Source: Candidatus Saccharimonadales bacterium (GTDB taxonomy: Bacteria > Patescibacteriota > Saccharimonadia > Saccharimonadales > UBA10212). Taken from it: a DNA stretch of 64,000 bases. Below the pieces are notes generated by a model that worked only from the letters and a program-made list of their open reading frames with translations, was not told where the DNA came from and did no database searches. The stretch covers positions 418,717 to 482,716 of the forward strand of contig JBEKOJ010000001.1 of assembly GCA_049521895.1 (NCBI GenBank), in the 5' to 3' direction. Positions within the stretch are counted from its first letter, which is position 1; the number at the start of each line of letters is the position of its first letter. A program made the position numbers and the translations under genes. This document shows positions 8,417 to 15,922 of this stretch, piece by piece.

Positions 8417-9445
8417 GTGAACTTAAAGCAAAACGTCAGCTTGGCAAACTATAGCACCATGCGTTTGGGCGGCAACGCCCGTTATTTTGCCGAGGCTGCG
8501 TCTCTGCAGGATGTAGAGCAACTTGGCAAATGGGCTAAAGAGCAAGCTTTGCCGATAATTACCGTCGGCGGCGGCAGTAACATTGTCTGGCGGGACGAGG
8601 GTTTTGACGGCTTGGTGATAGCTGACTGCATCAAAGGTCGGGAGATAGTTAACAAAGACGGCAATGCAACGGTTAAGATTGGCGGCGGCGAAAACTGGGA
8701 CGAAGTTGTTGGCTGGAGCGTAGAACAGGGCCTAAGTGGTATTGAAGCGTTATCTTTGATCCCAGGTACGGCCGGCGCCACACCAGTACAAAATGTTGAA
8801 GCCTACGGCCAGCAAATTGCTGACTCATTGCAAAAAGTCCTGGTTTACGATTTTCGAGACAATACGTTTCGCGAGTTGACTCCTGACCAGTGTAGTTTAA
8901 GCTACCGCAACAGCCGTTTTAAGGATGTTGACCACGGCCGGTTTCTAATTTGCGCCATCTGGCTTAAGCTCAACCGCGGGCAGATGAGCCCGCCCTTCCA
9001 CCATGGCTTGCAAACGTACATTGACCAACGTGGTATTACCGATTTTTCGCCAGTTAGTATCCGCCGAGCAGTTATAGATATCCGCAGTGCTAAACTCCCC
9101 GACCCCGCCAAAATGGCTAACAATGGCTCCTTTTTTAAAAACCCGTTTGTCCCACAAGAGCAATTTGAGAAGTTATCTAGACAGTTTCCGGATATTCTCA
9201 ACTATCCAGCCAATGATGGCAGTATCAAACTTTCGGCTATGTGGCTAATAGAGCATGCCGGTTTTAAGGCCGGTTACCGCGACGAGCCTACCGGCATGGC
9301 TTTGTGGCCCAAGCACGCTTTGGTATTTATAAACGAGCACGCTAAATCCACTGCCGACCTGTTAGCTTTCAGGCAGAAGATTGTTGACAAAGTCCAAGAA
9401 AAATTCGGCATCACACTCGAGCAAGAACCCGAATTACTGCCCTGA
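8417..9445 (+). CDS. murB: UDP-N-acetylenolpyruvoylglucosamine reductase
   Basis: The FAD-binding N-terminus is LANYSTMRLGGNARYF...GGGSNIV, and the family C-terminus is present. I start it at the in-frame GTG 8417, downstream of a TATAAT at 8404-8409, because the 8192 ATG lies inside the divergent gene. Confidence 0.85.
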   Translation: MNLKQNVSLANYSTMRLGGNARYFAEAASLQDVEQLGKWAKEQALPIITVGGGSNIVWRDEGFDGLVIADCIKGREIVNKDGNATVKIGGGENWDEVVGWSVEQGLSGIEALSLIPGTAGATPVQNVEAYGQQIADSLQKVLVYDFRDNTFRELTPDQCSLSYRNSRFKDVDHGRFLICAIWLKLNRGQMSPPFHHGLQTYIDQRGITDFSPVSIRRAVIDIRSAKLPDPAKMANNGSFFKNPFVPQEQFEKLSRQFPDILNYPANDGSIKLSAMWLIEHAGFKAGYRDEPTGMALWPKHALVFINEHAKSTADLLAFRQKIVDKVQEKFGITLEQEPELLP

Positions 9446-10714
9446 ATTATCGCTGGGAAGCGGAAATTGTTTGCAAAATTCCCGTATTTGTCTTTTTAAG
9501 CCGGCCAGTTTTTTAGAATTCTGGGGGTTGGCGATAGCCTCATCAATCCATTGAGCTATTTGAACCATTTCTTTCTCTTTCATGCCGCGGGTAGTTAATG
9601 CCGGAGTACCCAGACGAATACCGGAGGGACTAAACGGCGAGCGTGGATCAAAAGGCACCGTATTTTTATTTACCGTAATCCCGGCTCGGCCCAAAGCTTT
9701 TTCAGCGTCAGCTCCAATGATTTTTTTATTCGTTAAGTCTATCAACAACAGATGATTGTCGGTACCGCCAGTGACCAGTTTATAGTCTTTTTTAAGAAGT
9801 TCTTCGGCTAAAGTCTTGGCATTTTTGACAATCTGCTGACCATATTTCTTAAAACTCGGTTGAGCTGCTTCATATAAAGCCACGGCAATGGCGGCTGTTT
9901 GATGGTTGTGCGGCCCACCCTGCAAGCCTGGAATGATTGCCCTATCAATTAAGGTTGGCAGGTTCTCGGGTTTACGCTCGACCGCCTTGAGAGGATTAGA
10001 AGGATTACCGTTGCATAAAATCATCGCCCCGCGCGGCCCGCGCAAAGTTTTGTGGGTTGTGGTGGTGATCACATCAGCGTATCCAACGGGCGAAGGGTGA
10101 GCACCGGCTACCACCAAACCAGCGATATGCGCAATATCAGCAACCAGCCAGGCTTTAGAAATATCGGCGATTTCTCTAAGCTTTGCCCAATCAAATATTC
10201 TCGGGTAGGCAGTTGCTCCTACAAAAATAAGCTTTGGTTTTTCAGTTTTAACCATTTTTGTCATTTCACCGTAGTCCAAATAGCCGTCTTTACCCGTATG
10301 GTACTGAACGGAGTTGTAAAGCGTGCCGGAAAAATTGACTTTTAGCCCATGCGTCATATGGCCGCCATAATAGAGATGCATACCCATAATGGTGTCTCCT
10401 GGGTCAACCAACGCGAAGTAAACAGCTTGGTTGGCCGGTGAACCAGAATATGGCTGAACGTTGGCGTGGCTAACACCAAACAGTTTTTTAGCCCTATCGC
10501 GGGCGAGATTTTCCACGGCGTCAACGCACTCACAGCCTCCGTAATATCGCATTCCGGGATAACCCTCAGAATATTTATCGGTCAGCCGCGAACCTAGAGC
10601 TTTTAGAACCTCGCCGGAGGTATGATTCTCGCTGGGAATCATTTCCAAGCCCTCGCTTTGACGCCTTTTTTCGGCGGCAATCAATTTTGCTACCTCTTTA
10701 TCTTTCATCGCCAA
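9434..10714 (-). CDS. glyA: serine hydroxymethyltransferase
   Basis: 426 aa. Contains the PLP-Lys motif TTTTHKTLRGPRG and SENHTS. Confidence 0.95.
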   Translation of the reverse strand: MAMKDKEVAKLIAAEKRRQSEGLEMIPSENHTSGEVLKALGSRLTDKYSEGYPGMRYYGGCECVDAVENLARDRAKKLFGVSHANVQPYSGSPANQAVYFALVDPGDTIMGMHLYYGGHMTHGLKVNFSGTLYNSVQYHTGKDGYLDYGEMTKMVKTEKPKLIFVGATAYPRIFDWAKLREIADISKAWLVADIAHIAGLVVAGAHPSPVGYADVITTTTHKTLRGPRGAMILCNGNPSNPLKAVERKPENLPTLIDRAIIPGLQGGPHNHQTAAIAVALYEAAQPSFKKYGQQIVKNAKTLAEELLKKDYKLVTGGTDNHLLLIDLTNKKIIGADAEKALGRAGITVNKNTVPFDPRSPFSPSGIRLGTPALTTRGMKEKEMVQIAQWIDEAIANPQNSKKLAGLKRQIREFCKQFPLPSDNSGQ

Positions 10715-10815
10715 ACTCCCTCTTTCTTTAACTTGGTAAAACTCTATAAGAGACGAGGATTGTTATATCATTGCTTAATTGTATCAGTGTGAACCTGAAA
10801 TGTAAGTTGTATTTT

Positions 10816-10836
10816 TGGTATAGACATTTTATACCA
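10816..10836. promoter_or_regulatory. candidate operator: dyad TGGTATA-N7-TATACCA just upstream of a TGtGATATGAT -10-like box of the HTH-murA gene
   Basis: 7-bp perfect inverted arms read directly from the sequence. The position relative to the ATG at 10861 fits an autoregulatory site. Confidence 0.4.
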
Positions 10837-10860
10837 TCTGTGATATGATTCGATGGTTTT

Positions 10861-12384
10861 ATGCAAGAAACAAACGAGAAAATCGGTCGTTTAATTTACC
10901 AGATCCGGCAAGAGCGCGGTTTAACGCAGTCGTCTTTTGCCAAAAAACTCGGTACCAGCCAGTCGGCTGTTAACCGGATTGAGCACGGCAGGCAAAATCT
11001 AAGCCTGGACACGCTAGGGCGCATCAGTGATGTACTTAATAAACAGATCATTAGCCTTGGCGAGGGTGGTATCAACCTGCGTGTAGAAGGCGGCCACGAG
11101 TTGCACGGCGAGATTACACTAAAAACCAGCAAGAACGCTGCTGTAGCTCTTTTATGCGCGAGCTTACTAAACCGAGGTATGACCCGCTTTAAATCTTTTC
11201 CACGCATTGAGGAAGTTTTTCGTATCATTGAAGTTCTGGAGAGCATCGGCGTACGGATCAGGTGGCTGAATGGCAATGATCTGGAAATCAAAGTGCCCGC
11301 CCAGCTCGACCTGGAAGCTATGAATAAAGAGTCGGCGCGTAAAACGCGTAGTGTACTAATGTTGCTGGGGCCGTTGATGCATCACCATTCCAGTTTTAAA
11401 ATCCCGTATGCCGGCGGCTGTAAGCTAGGCAGACGTACTGTGGCGCCACACCTATTTGCGCTGGAGCAATTTGGCGTTAACGTAATTGCCACAAGCGGGC
11501 ACTACAATGTGAGAGTTAAAAAGAAAGTTCCCCAGGAAAGAGTCGTGTTATATGAACAAGGTAATACCGTAACTAATAACGTCCTTATGGCCGCGGCGCT
11601 CACCAAAGGCACCACCGTTATTCAATCAGCCAGTGCCGATTACATGGTCCAGGACTTGTGCCACTTTCTAGCCAAACTTGGTGTTAAGATAGACGGCATC
11701 GGCTCACCGGTGCTGACAGTCGAAGGTGTCGGCTCCATAAAGAAAAATGTAACTTACACTCCAACCGAAGATCCGATTGAAGCAATGCTATTTATTGCCG
11801 CTGCCGTAACTACCAATTCGCAGCTGACTATCCGCAGGGTTCCACTCTACTGGATTGGCTTGGAACTTCTTAAGCTACACAAGATGGGGTTAAAGACAGA
11901 AATCAGCCCCACCTATAAAGCTGATAATGGTGTGGTTGATCTGGCTGACATAAAGGTCCATAAACACAATGGCGAACTAACTGCACTAGAAGAAAAATTG
12001 CACCCCAATCTTTGGCCCGGTATTAACCCTGATAATATTCCCTACTTTGTCCCGATTGCGGCTGTTTGCCGTGGTCGAACGGTTATCAACGACTGGATGT
12101 ACGAAAACCGGGCAATTTATTTTACGGAGATGACCAAAATCGGTATGAATATAGAGCTGGCTGACCCACACCGTCTGTATATAGAGGGGCCGACCAAGTT
12201 CAATAAAGCCGACGTAGTTTCACCACCAGCGCTCCGGCCGGCTAGTTTACTGTTGATTGGCATGCTAGCAGCCGATGGTGTCAGTATGCTTCGTAACGTT
12301 TACACCATCAACCGTGGCTATGAGGACTTGGCTGAGCGTCTCAATGGTTTGGGCGCCCATATCGAAGTCATCCACGAAGTCTAA
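10861..12384 (+). CDS. murA: UDP-N-acetylglucosamine 1-carboxyvinyltransferase fused to an N-terminal XRE-type HTH domain
   Basis: 507 aa. Residues 1-65 are HTH-like (GLTQSSFAKKLGTSQSAVNRIEHG). The remainder is an EPSP/MurA fold with the catalytic Cys context PYAGGCKLGRR. Confidence 0.85.
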   Translation: MQETNEKIGRLIYQIRQERGLTQSSFAKKLGTSQSAVNRIEHGRQNLSLDTLGRISDVLNKQIISLGEGGINLRVEGGHELHGEITLKTSKNAAVALLCASLLNRGMTRFKSFPRIEEVFRIIEVLESIGVRIRWLNGNDLEIKVPAQLDLEAMNKESARKTRSVLMLLGPLMHHHSSFKIPYAGGCKLGRRTVAPHLFALEQFGVNVIATSGHYNVRVKKKVPQERVVLYEQGNTVTNNVLMAAALTKGTTVIQSASADYMVQDLCHFLAKLGVKIDGIGSPVLTVEGVGSIKKNVTYTPTEDPIEAMLFIAAAVTTNSQLTIRRVPLYWIGLELLKLHKMGLKTEISPTYKADNGVVDLADIKVHKHNGELTALEEKLHPNLWPGINPDNIPYFVPIAAVCRGRTVINDWMYENRAIYFTEMTKIGMNIELADPHRLYIEGPTKFNKADVVSPPALRPASLLLIGMLAADGVSMLRNVYTINRGYEDLAERLNGLGAHIEVIHEV

Positions 12385-12406
12385 GATGTCGAGATAGTCC
12401 TAAATC

Positions 12407-12425
12407 TGATATAATCACCTCTGTT
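12407..12425 (+). promoter_or_regulatory. tRNA promoter: extended -10 TGATATAAT followed by conserved CACCTCTGTT
   Basis: TATAAT lies at 12410-12415. The same TGnTATAAT + ACCYCTGTT module recurs at 15150, 16641 and 44756 (minus strand). Confidence 0.6.
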
Positions 12426-12500
12426 GCGGGTGTGGTATAGCGGCTATTACTCCAGTTTTCCAAACTGGTTACGGGGGTTCAACTCCCCCCACCCGCACCA
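12426..12500 (+). tRNA. tRNA-Gly (anticodon TCC)
   Basis: Cloverleaf by eye. Anticodon arm is CCAGT-TTTCCAA-ACTGG. CCA is encoded. Confidence 0.9.
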
Positions 12501-12652
12501 ACTTTGACTAAAGTCAAAGCATTTAACAATTACACGTTTACCATTTACCAATTATTTTTCATCTAACATTTGTCGAGTCTGGAAAATGACAGTTGGTAAA
12601 TTAATGTAAATTGTGAATTGAAAAATGTAAAATGTCCGCCAGAGGCGGACTG

Positions 12653-12729
12653 TGCCCCGGTAGCTCAGCTGGATAGAGCAGGAGACTTCTAAGCTCAAGG
12701 CCGCAGGTTCGAATCCTGCCCGGGGTACC
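12653..12729 (+). tRNA. tRNA-Arg (anticodon TCT)
   Basis: Cloverleaf by eye. Loop is CTTCTAA and T-arm is GCAGG-TTCGAAT-CCTGC, with CCA encoded. The anticodon stem has only three Watson-Crick pairs (G27/A43 and A31/G39 are mismatched). Confidence 0.8.
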
Positions 12730-12734
12730 ACAAA

Positions 12735-12760
12735 AATGCCCAGCCTCGCGTTGGGCATTT
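12735..12760 (+). terminator. rho-independent terminator after tRNA-Arg(TCT)
   Basis: ATGCCCA-GCCTCGCGT-TGGGCAT stem-loop followed by TTTTT. Confidence 0.7.
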
Positions 12761-12813
12761 TTGTGGTTCTCTGGTAGATTCGGTTCTGCGGCTCGACAGC
12801 TTTAGCTGGCGAT

Positions 12814-12898
12814 AGCCGCAGGTTCGGTCATCCAGCTCGCCTGCAGGAGCTTGCTTCGAGAACGAGCGCAGATGTGCGCTCACCCTGCCCGGGGTACC
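12814..12898 (+). repeat. second, interrupted copy of the tRNA-Arg(TCT) 3' part (GCCGCAGGTTCG + 57-nt insert + CCTGCCCGGGGTACCA)
   Basis: The 12 nt before and the 16 nt after the insert are identical to tRNA positions 12703-12714 and 12718-12729... in order. The insert (12826-12882) replaces only the last three T-loop bases. Confidence 0.85.
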
Positions 12899-13003
12899 AA
12901 AGTTCCGTGCCTGCCAACCTTAAATACGCCTAGTTAGCATTAGAGATCGAGAAATCACAGACCGGTAGTGGGGTGATTTGGCCTCTTTTGTTAGTATGTA
13001 AGT

Positions 13004-13693
13004 ATGCCATCAGTTCAAGAAAAGCACTTTACGGCTTCCGCAACTGTCCGAGATGTTGTTATCGGCATGTCAGATGGCTTGACTGTACCTTTTGCTCTAG
13101 CTGCTGGTTTAACAGGTGCTATAGCTGCCTCCCATTTAATTATTACAGCCGGACTAGCAGAAATTGCCGCGGGCTCGATATCTATGGGTCTAGGCGGTTA
13201 TCTGGCTGCTAAAAGTGACGTTGAACATTATTGGAGAGAGCGCGGCCTCGAGGAACAGGAAGTTCAGGACACACCAAGGGTCGAAGCCCAAGAAGTGCAA
13301 GATATATTCAGACAATATGGCCTAAATAACCACCAGATTGAACCTATCATACGAGGCTTTCAGTCCAATCACAAAGCTTGGATTGATTTTATGATGGCTA
13401 ATGAGCTGGGGCTAGAGAAACCCAAACCCAAGCGTGTGCGTAATAGCGCTCTAACTATCGCCCTAGCCTATGTTACAGGCGGTATAGTACCGCTTTCGCC
13501 CTACTTTTTCATTAGTAATGCTAGACACGCTGTATTGCCTTCGATAGTCGTAACACTTATTGCTTTATTTTTGTTTGGTTTTTTCAAAGCTAAAGTTTCA
13601 GGCACAAAGGCTTGGCGAAGCGCCTGGCAGACAGTTCTGATCGGCGGAATTGCCGCAGCTGCGGCGTTCTTTATCGCTAGGGCTATATCTTAG
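13004..13693 (+). CDS. VIT1/CCC1-family iron/manganese transporter
   Basis: 229 aa. Has the N-terminal RDVVIGMSDGLTVPFALAAG motif and C-terminal TM helices typical of the VIT family. Confidence 0.75.
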   Translation: MPSVQEKHFTASATVRDVVIGMSDGLTVPFALAAGLTGAIAASHLIITAGLAEIAAGSISMGLGGYLAAKSDVEHYWRERGLEEQEVQDTPRVEAQEVQDIFRQYGLNNHQIEPIIRGFQSNHKAWIDFMMANELGLEKPKPKRVRNSALTIALAYVTGGIVPLSPYFFISNARHAVLPSIVVTLIALFLFGFFKAKVSGTKAWRSAWQTVLIGGIAAAAAFFIARAIS

Positions 13694-13704
13694 GCTGGTT
13701 ATAC

Positions 13705-14745
13705 CTAGCTTGTTAAGGTAAGAGCTATAAGGCCAAGAATGTATACGGCTAGAACTATTATCGAATCAACCCCCATACGAAAATAGATTCGCTTCGGTCG
13801 AACCACCAGACCAATTATGTAGATTCCCGTTAGTAGTACGCCTAGTGCTGCAAACCATATATCGCTAGTCGACGCATTCTTTAAGATAGAGTGGCCGGCA
13901 ATCAAATCACAGATTACAAACAGTGCCGGCATGAAGGCATTGCCACCGAAAATATCGCTCATAGCTAGTTTGTAGTCCCCCAGGTCTATGGAGCCGAACC
14001 CCGTACTTATGTTTGGCAAAGCACCAGCAAAAGCGATGAAAGTCGCGGCAAATAAACCTGTGCCAATTCCCCAGGCGTTCGCCAACTGCGTACCGCTAGA
14101 TTGCAATCCAACTCCGGCAACCAAAGTAGCTAGTGCAGCAACTCCAAAAATGAGGAAAATCTTCGAACTGGAGGCACTTTTCAAAGATGGATGGTTAATC
14201 ATAGCCCGTCTCTCATGGTGTTCTCGCCCGGGATGAGCATGAATTGCTTCGCTACGCCAGGGTAAACCCTTTCTGGCCCGAAATATTAACCATAGGCCAA
14301 AAATCCACAGTACAAAAATTAAAGCCGAGGACAGGCTTACTCGCGAATAAATAACCACTGGCGTTTTAATGGCAATAATCGAGGCAACAGCAACCAATAT
14401 GACAATTACTGCTTCCAGAACTAGGGTTAAAGAAGCGGCCGAGAACGTCAGCGGACTGTCAACTTTCATACGAGCATCAAGCAGGCTAATAACTACCGTC
14501 TGAATAGCAATTCCGCCCAGTAAAGTGCCAATGATTACATCGTAATGATGGGCCAGCGCCGCCGACACCACAATGGCGGTTTCTGGCAAACTGGTGGCTA
14601 TACCTAGAATTAACAGGCCGCCAAAAGCGCTCCCAAGCTTATATTTAGCATCTATGGCATCGGTAGTTCGTGTAAGCCATATTCCTGCCACCCAAATCAT
14701 TGCTGCAGAGATTAAAAACTCTAATATCAAACTCAGGTGCGGCAT
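13705..14745 (-). CDS. sodium/calcium exchanger (CaCA) family membrane protein
   Basis: 346 aa, polytopic. Contains the alpha-repeat motif GIATSLPE and a second repeat GALPN. Confidence 0.75.
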   Translation of the reverse strand: MPHLSLILEFLISAAMIWVAGIWLTRTTDAIDAKYKLGSAFGGLLILGIATSLPETAIVVSAALAHHYDVIIGTLLGGIAIQTVVISLLDARMKVDSPLTFSAASLTLVLEAVIVILVAVASIIAIKTPVVIYSRVSLSSALIFVLWIFGLWLIFRARKGLPWRSEAIHAHPGREHHERRAMINHPSLKSASSSKIFLIFGVAALATLVAGVGLQSSGTQLANAWGIGTGLFAATFIAFAGALPNISTGFGSIDLGDYKLAMSDIFGGNAFMPALFVICDLIAGHSILKNASTSDIWFAALGVLLTGIYIIGLVVRPKRIYFRMGVDSIIVLAVYILGLIALTLTS

Positions 14746-14852
14746 TCTGCAACCATCATATCATCAGCCGGATGGGTTCTAATATCGTTCAGCACCGATT
14801 GCCAACATTTACTGCAGACCCTAAACACAAATACTGTTAAACTTGTGTCAGA

Positions 14853-15152
14853 ATGTCCGTAGCTGAAGGGCTCAAGCCAAATTGGTGGGAAGTGCAAGCT
14901 TTGGGTATGGTGGAGCCAATCGAGATTGTGCTCGGTGCCATGGTATGTGATGGATGCAGGCAGGAGATAAGAGCACATAGGCTAAACCCCGAGTTTTTTG
15001 AGCTCGGACCGCCCTTGGAGTCTACGAGAATACTATGCGGCGCTAGCGAAAAAAAGGTTGCTCCGCTCCCGCATGGAACGAGTATTACCATTTATGATTT
15101 TTCAGTGCAACGTAAGCCCGACGAAGCTGTGGTGCCTCTAGGCGTACTCTGA
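14853..15152 (+). CDS. hypothetical protein
   Basis: 99-aa ORF in an otherwise empty interval with no recognisable motif. Its stop overlaps the tRNA-His promoter. Confidence 0.3.
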   Translation: MSVAEGLKPNWWEVQALGMVEPIEIVLGAMVCDGCRQEIRAHRLNPEFFELGPPLESTRILCGASEKKVAPLPHGTSITIYDFSVQRKPDEAVVPLGVL

Positions 15153-15170
15153 TATAATTACCTCTGTTCT
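15150..15170 (+). promoter_or_regulatory. tRNA promoter module TGATATAAT + TACCTCTGTT
   Basis: TATAAT lies at 15153-15158. It has the same architecture as the other tRNA promoters in the window. Confidence 0.6.
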
Positions 15171-15299
15171 TTCAGATTATTTTTCAAATTTTCAAAGCGG
15201 CGGTCTACTAACCGTTTGAAAAATTGAGAGGAGGAGCATAGCGCTAAGCCGAAGCTTTTGCGAAAAAGCAAAACGAGGCCGGCGCGCAAGCTCCGACGA
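15165..15299 (+). ncRNA. L-type structured leader, copy 1 (precedes tRNA-His)
   Basis: Contains an A/T-rich 12-bp hairpin (15185-15226), a purine block GAGAGGAGG and a closing helix GGAGC/GCTCC. It ends in CTCCGACGA directly at the tRNA 5' end. Homologous copies lie at 44612, 47933 and 55360. Confidence 0.55.
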
Positions 15300-15377
15300 G
15301 GCGAATGTAGCTCAGTTGGTTAGAGCGTCGGGTTGTGGTCCCGAAGGTCGTGGGTTCGAGACCCATCATTCGCCCCA
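15300..15377 (+). tRNA. tRNA-His (anticodon GTG) with encoded G-1
   Basis: Cloverleaf by eye. Loop is TTGTGGT, there is an extra 5' G opposite the discriminator C, and CCA is encoded. Confidence 0.9.
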
Positions 15378-15385
15378 AGTAAATT

Positions 15386-15922
15386 ATGGCAAGAGATATT
15401 GATCCTTTTTCGCAGCCAATCGGTTTAGGCGGCCAAAGGCCACGCAACCAAGAAGAATATAACCGCTTTGTCTTGCAAACGGTACAGCCAGGTCTGGCTG
15501 GATTGATGGACGGCTCGGTATCCACTTTGGCGCCGATTTTTGCCGTCGCCTTTGCTACCCACAAACCTCACTTCGCTTTTTTGACTGGAATCGCGGCGGC
15601 CGTAGGCGCCGGAATCAGTATGGCTTTCGCCGAGGCTTTAAGCGACACCGGTGAGTTAACTGGCCGCGGACGACCTTTACGCCGCGGTATTATAATCGGC
15701 ACCATGACTTTTTTGGGCGGCATTTTCCATACTCTGCCTTTCTTAAGCTCCAATTTCCATACCGCTCTGAGCTTGGCCTACTTAATAGTGGGCATGGAGT
15801 TGGTTGCAATCGCCTATATACGCTACCACTACTTTGATATGAGGTTTTGGCTGTCAGTTTTACAGGTGATTGTCGGTGGCGGGCTGGTATTTACGGCCGG
15901 TATTTTAATAGGTAGCGCCTAG
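15386..15922 (+). CDS. VIT-family (CCC1-like) membrane protein, short form
   Basis: 178 aa. The motif GLMDGSVSTLAPIFAVAFAT plus TM helices makes it a paralogue-like relative of 13004-13693. Confidence 0.65.
   Translation: MARDIDPFSQPIGLGGQRPRNQEEYNRFVLQTVQPGLAGLMDGSVSTLAPIFAVAFATHKPHFAFLTGIAAAVGAGISMAFAEALSDTGELTGRGRPLRRGIIIGTMTFLGGIFHTLPFLSSNFHTALSLAYLIVGMELVAIAYIRYHYFDMRFWLSVLQVIVGGGLVFTAGILIGSA

Noticed and set aside
12520-12640. A+T-rich stretch with reiterated AATGTAAA words between tRNA-Gly and tRNA-Arg.
   Set aside because: This is low-complexity A/T sequence upstream of a tRNA, consistent with a promoter/UP-element region (TGTAAAAT -10-like box at ~12627). It has no defined repeat unit or structure.
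12552-12883. Short ORFs spanning tRNA genes and the tRNA-end repeats: 12552-12758, 12695-12883, 15244-15564, 16703-16888, 47712-47918, 55620-55844 and 55699-55917.
   Set aside because: They read through tRNA genes and terminators. The apparent similarity between 12695-12883 and 55699-55917 (ELDDRT/DLDDRT) simply mirrors the conserved nucleotide blocks of the repeat.
13702-13722. Possible degenerate copy of the palindrome (TACCTAGCTTGTTAAGGTA) between the VIT and CaCA genes. A similar partial match lies near 10726-10745.
   Set aside because: Only the central CTTGTTAAG is shared. The arms pair over 5 bp at best, and there are four or more differences from the core. This cannot be distinguished from chance without genome-wide statistics.
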